Positions 61,489 to 62,714 of a DNA stretch of 62,714 nt are shown here, piece by piece. This DNA comes from an uncultured Clostridia bacterium (lineage in GTDB: Bacteria; Bacillota; Clostridia; TANB77; CAG-508), in assembly GCA_944387485.1 (NCBI GenBank), contig CALXFC010000002.1:1-62714 (forward strand), read 5' to 3'. Below the pieces are notes generated by a model, which did no database searches, was not told the DNA's origin, and was given only the letters and a program-made list of their open reading frames with translations. Position numbers and translations under genes: made by a program. Position 1 is the stretch's first letter, and every line of letters begins with the position of its first letter.

Positions 61489-62028
61489 ATGAAAAATTAT
61501 TATGATTTATTAGAAGTTAATCCTAAAGCATCAAATGAAATAATAGAAAAAGCATACAAGGTTTTAATAAAAAAATATCATCCAGATTTATACCAAGGAG
61601 AAGAAAGAATGTATGCCGAGAGTAAAACGAGAGAATTGAATGAAGCTTATCGAGTGCTTTCTAATGATTTTTTGAGGGAACAATATGATTTGGAATTAGA
61701 AAAAGAAAAACAATTTAATAGTTTAAATAATCAAGAAGATTTAAAGGTAAACAACAACAGCTATAATGATGGAAATAGAGGAAAAAGAATAAAAAATAAA
61801 AAAGAAAATTATGAAGAAAAAGAGCATAAAGTAGGGACGGCTATGTCTATAGTTGATTTGTTAAAAGCAATTTTTAAAAAAAGGAATTTTTCAGATAAGC
61901 CAAAAGAAATAAAAAAAGAAGATAAACTTGCGGCTATAATTACACTAGTAATAGTTTTAATTATAGGAGTAGCTTTGTGGTTTATACCAGCAACAAATGG
62001 TTTTATAAGAAGTATGATACCATTTTAG
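61489..62028 (+). CDS. J-domain protein with a C-terminal TM
   Basis: YYDLLEVNPKASNEIIEKAYKVLIKKYHPDL contains the HPD motif. The C-terminal hydrophobic segment reads AAIITLVIVLIIGVALWFI. Confidence 0.75.
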   Translation: MKNYYDLLEVNPKASNEIIEKAYKVLIKKYHPDLYQGEERMYAESKTRELNEAYRVLSNDFLREQYDLELEKEKQFNSLNNQEDLKVNNNSYNDGNRGKRIKNKKENYEEKEHKVGTAMSIVDLLKAIFKKRNFSDKPKEIKKEDKLAAIITLVIVLIIGVALWFIPATNGFIRSMIPF

Positions 62029-62048
62029 AGGAAAAGAGGATAATTTAT

Positions 62049-62570
62049 ATGTATTATGCAGATATAAAGAAAGCTGATGTAGCAAATGGATTAGGAGTTA
62101 GAATATCATTGTTTGTTAGTGGTTGTACTCATCATTGTAAAGGTTGTTTTAATGAAGAAGCATGGGATTTTAATTATGGGAATGAATTTACAAATAAAGA
62201 AATAGACAAAATAATTGATTTAATGGATCATTCATATATAGCAGGATTAACATTACTTGGAGGAGAGCCATTGGAACATGTGAATCAACAAGGGTTATTA
62301 CCATTGTTAAGAAGAGTAAAAGAGAAATTCCCTGATAAGAATATTTGGTGTTATTCAGGTTTTACGTTTGAAACGGATATTTTGGAAAAAATGTATAAAG
62401 AATGGAAAGAAACTCCAGAATTATTATCATATATTGATGTTTTAGTAGATGGAAAATTTGAAATTGATAAAAAAGATATCAAATTGAGATTTAGAGGTTC
62501 AAGTAATCAAAGAATTATAGATGTAAAAAAATCATTAAAAGAAAATAAGACTATTCTTTTTGATCTGTAA
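62049..62570 (+). CDS. nrdG: Anaerobic ribonucleoside-triphosphate reductase activating protein (radical SAM)
   Basis: MYYADIKKADVANGLGVRISLFVSGCTHHCKGCFN contains the CxxxCxxC motif. The start was moved to the in-frame ATG at 62049, after AGAGGAAAAGAGGA. Confidence 0.85.
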   Translation: MYYADIKKADVANGLGVRISLFVSGCTHHCKGCFNEEAWDFNYGNEFTNKEIDKIIDLMDHSYIAGLTLLGGEPLEHVNQQGLLPLLRRVKEKFPDKNIWCYSGFTFETDILEKMYKEWKETPELLSYIDVLVDGKFEIDKKDIKLRFRGSSNQRIIDVKKSLKENKTILFDL

Positions 62571-62573
62571 CTA

Positions 62574-62603
62574 TTGACAAAATATACTATTCTAAGGTAT
62601 AAT
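62574..62603 (+). promoter_or_regulatory. SigmaA-type promoter
   Basis: TTGACA, an 18-nt spacer, then TATAAT. Confidence 0.55.
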
Positions 62604-62665
62604 ATATAACGTTATAGGGTTATCCCACATACTTTTTTGTATGGACCGGAAGGAGGGGAATATAA

Positions 62666-62714
62666 ATGTCAGAGATAAAAGTTAATAATGGTAATATAGA
62701 AGATGCTTTAAAAA
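62666..62714 (+). CDS. rpsU: Partial CDS, probably 30S ribosomal protein S21
   Basis: GGAAGGAGGGG RBS, then MSEIKVNNGNIEDALK, which resembles clostridial S21 N-termini. Truncated by the window edge. Confidence 0.5.
   Translation, partial: MSEIKVNNGNIEDALK

Noticed and set aside
61977-62048. N-terminal extension of nrdG that overlaps the J-domain gene.
   Set aside because: The conserved NrdG N-terminus starts at MYYADIK (62049), which has its own RBS.

Overview
This is a very AT-rich, purine-skewed chromosomal window from an endospore-forming Firmicute that looks Clostridia-like (spoIIE is present). Almost all genes lie on the + strand. The backbone is housekeeping: a mecA-like fragment, radC-mreBCD-mrdA-minC, spoIIE, acpS, tatD, htpX/lemA, a yabE-like gene, two NUDIX genes, xth, an AI-2E permease, rpoB-rpoC, gdpP, rplI-dnaB, tilS, ftsH, nrdG and the start of rpsU.

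Three accessory elements interrupt this backbone.

- **Surface-protein locus (10.7-29.3 kb).** About 18.5 kb encodes giant surface proteins arranged as two diverged A-B pairs. They carry DUF11, SdrD-B, SpaA/Cna-B-like and ricin lectin domains. The second pair is fused into one 3104-aa ORF through an internal membrane anchor followed by a signal-peptide-like segment.
- **Two secreted proteins with a shared N-terminal module.** Both start with a roughly 65-aa TadE/G-like module. One (597-3050) has GLUG repeats and a ricin lectin, and lies behind a leader sORF containing a (TA)12 tract and a hairpin. The other (54952-56257) has an FGE-sulfatase-like domain and is inserted into the normally contiguous gdpP-rplI-dnaB block.
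- **A free-standing GIY-YIG gene** immediately after rpoC.

Two genes, mreB and the FGE-like gene, each carry an apparent one-base C insertion directly before GGA. A 45-nt imperfect palindromic element occurs twice in intergenic DNA. I saw no tRNA, rRNA, CRISPR array, integrase or classical IS. All domain calls come from motif recognition by eye and need HMM or structure confirmation.
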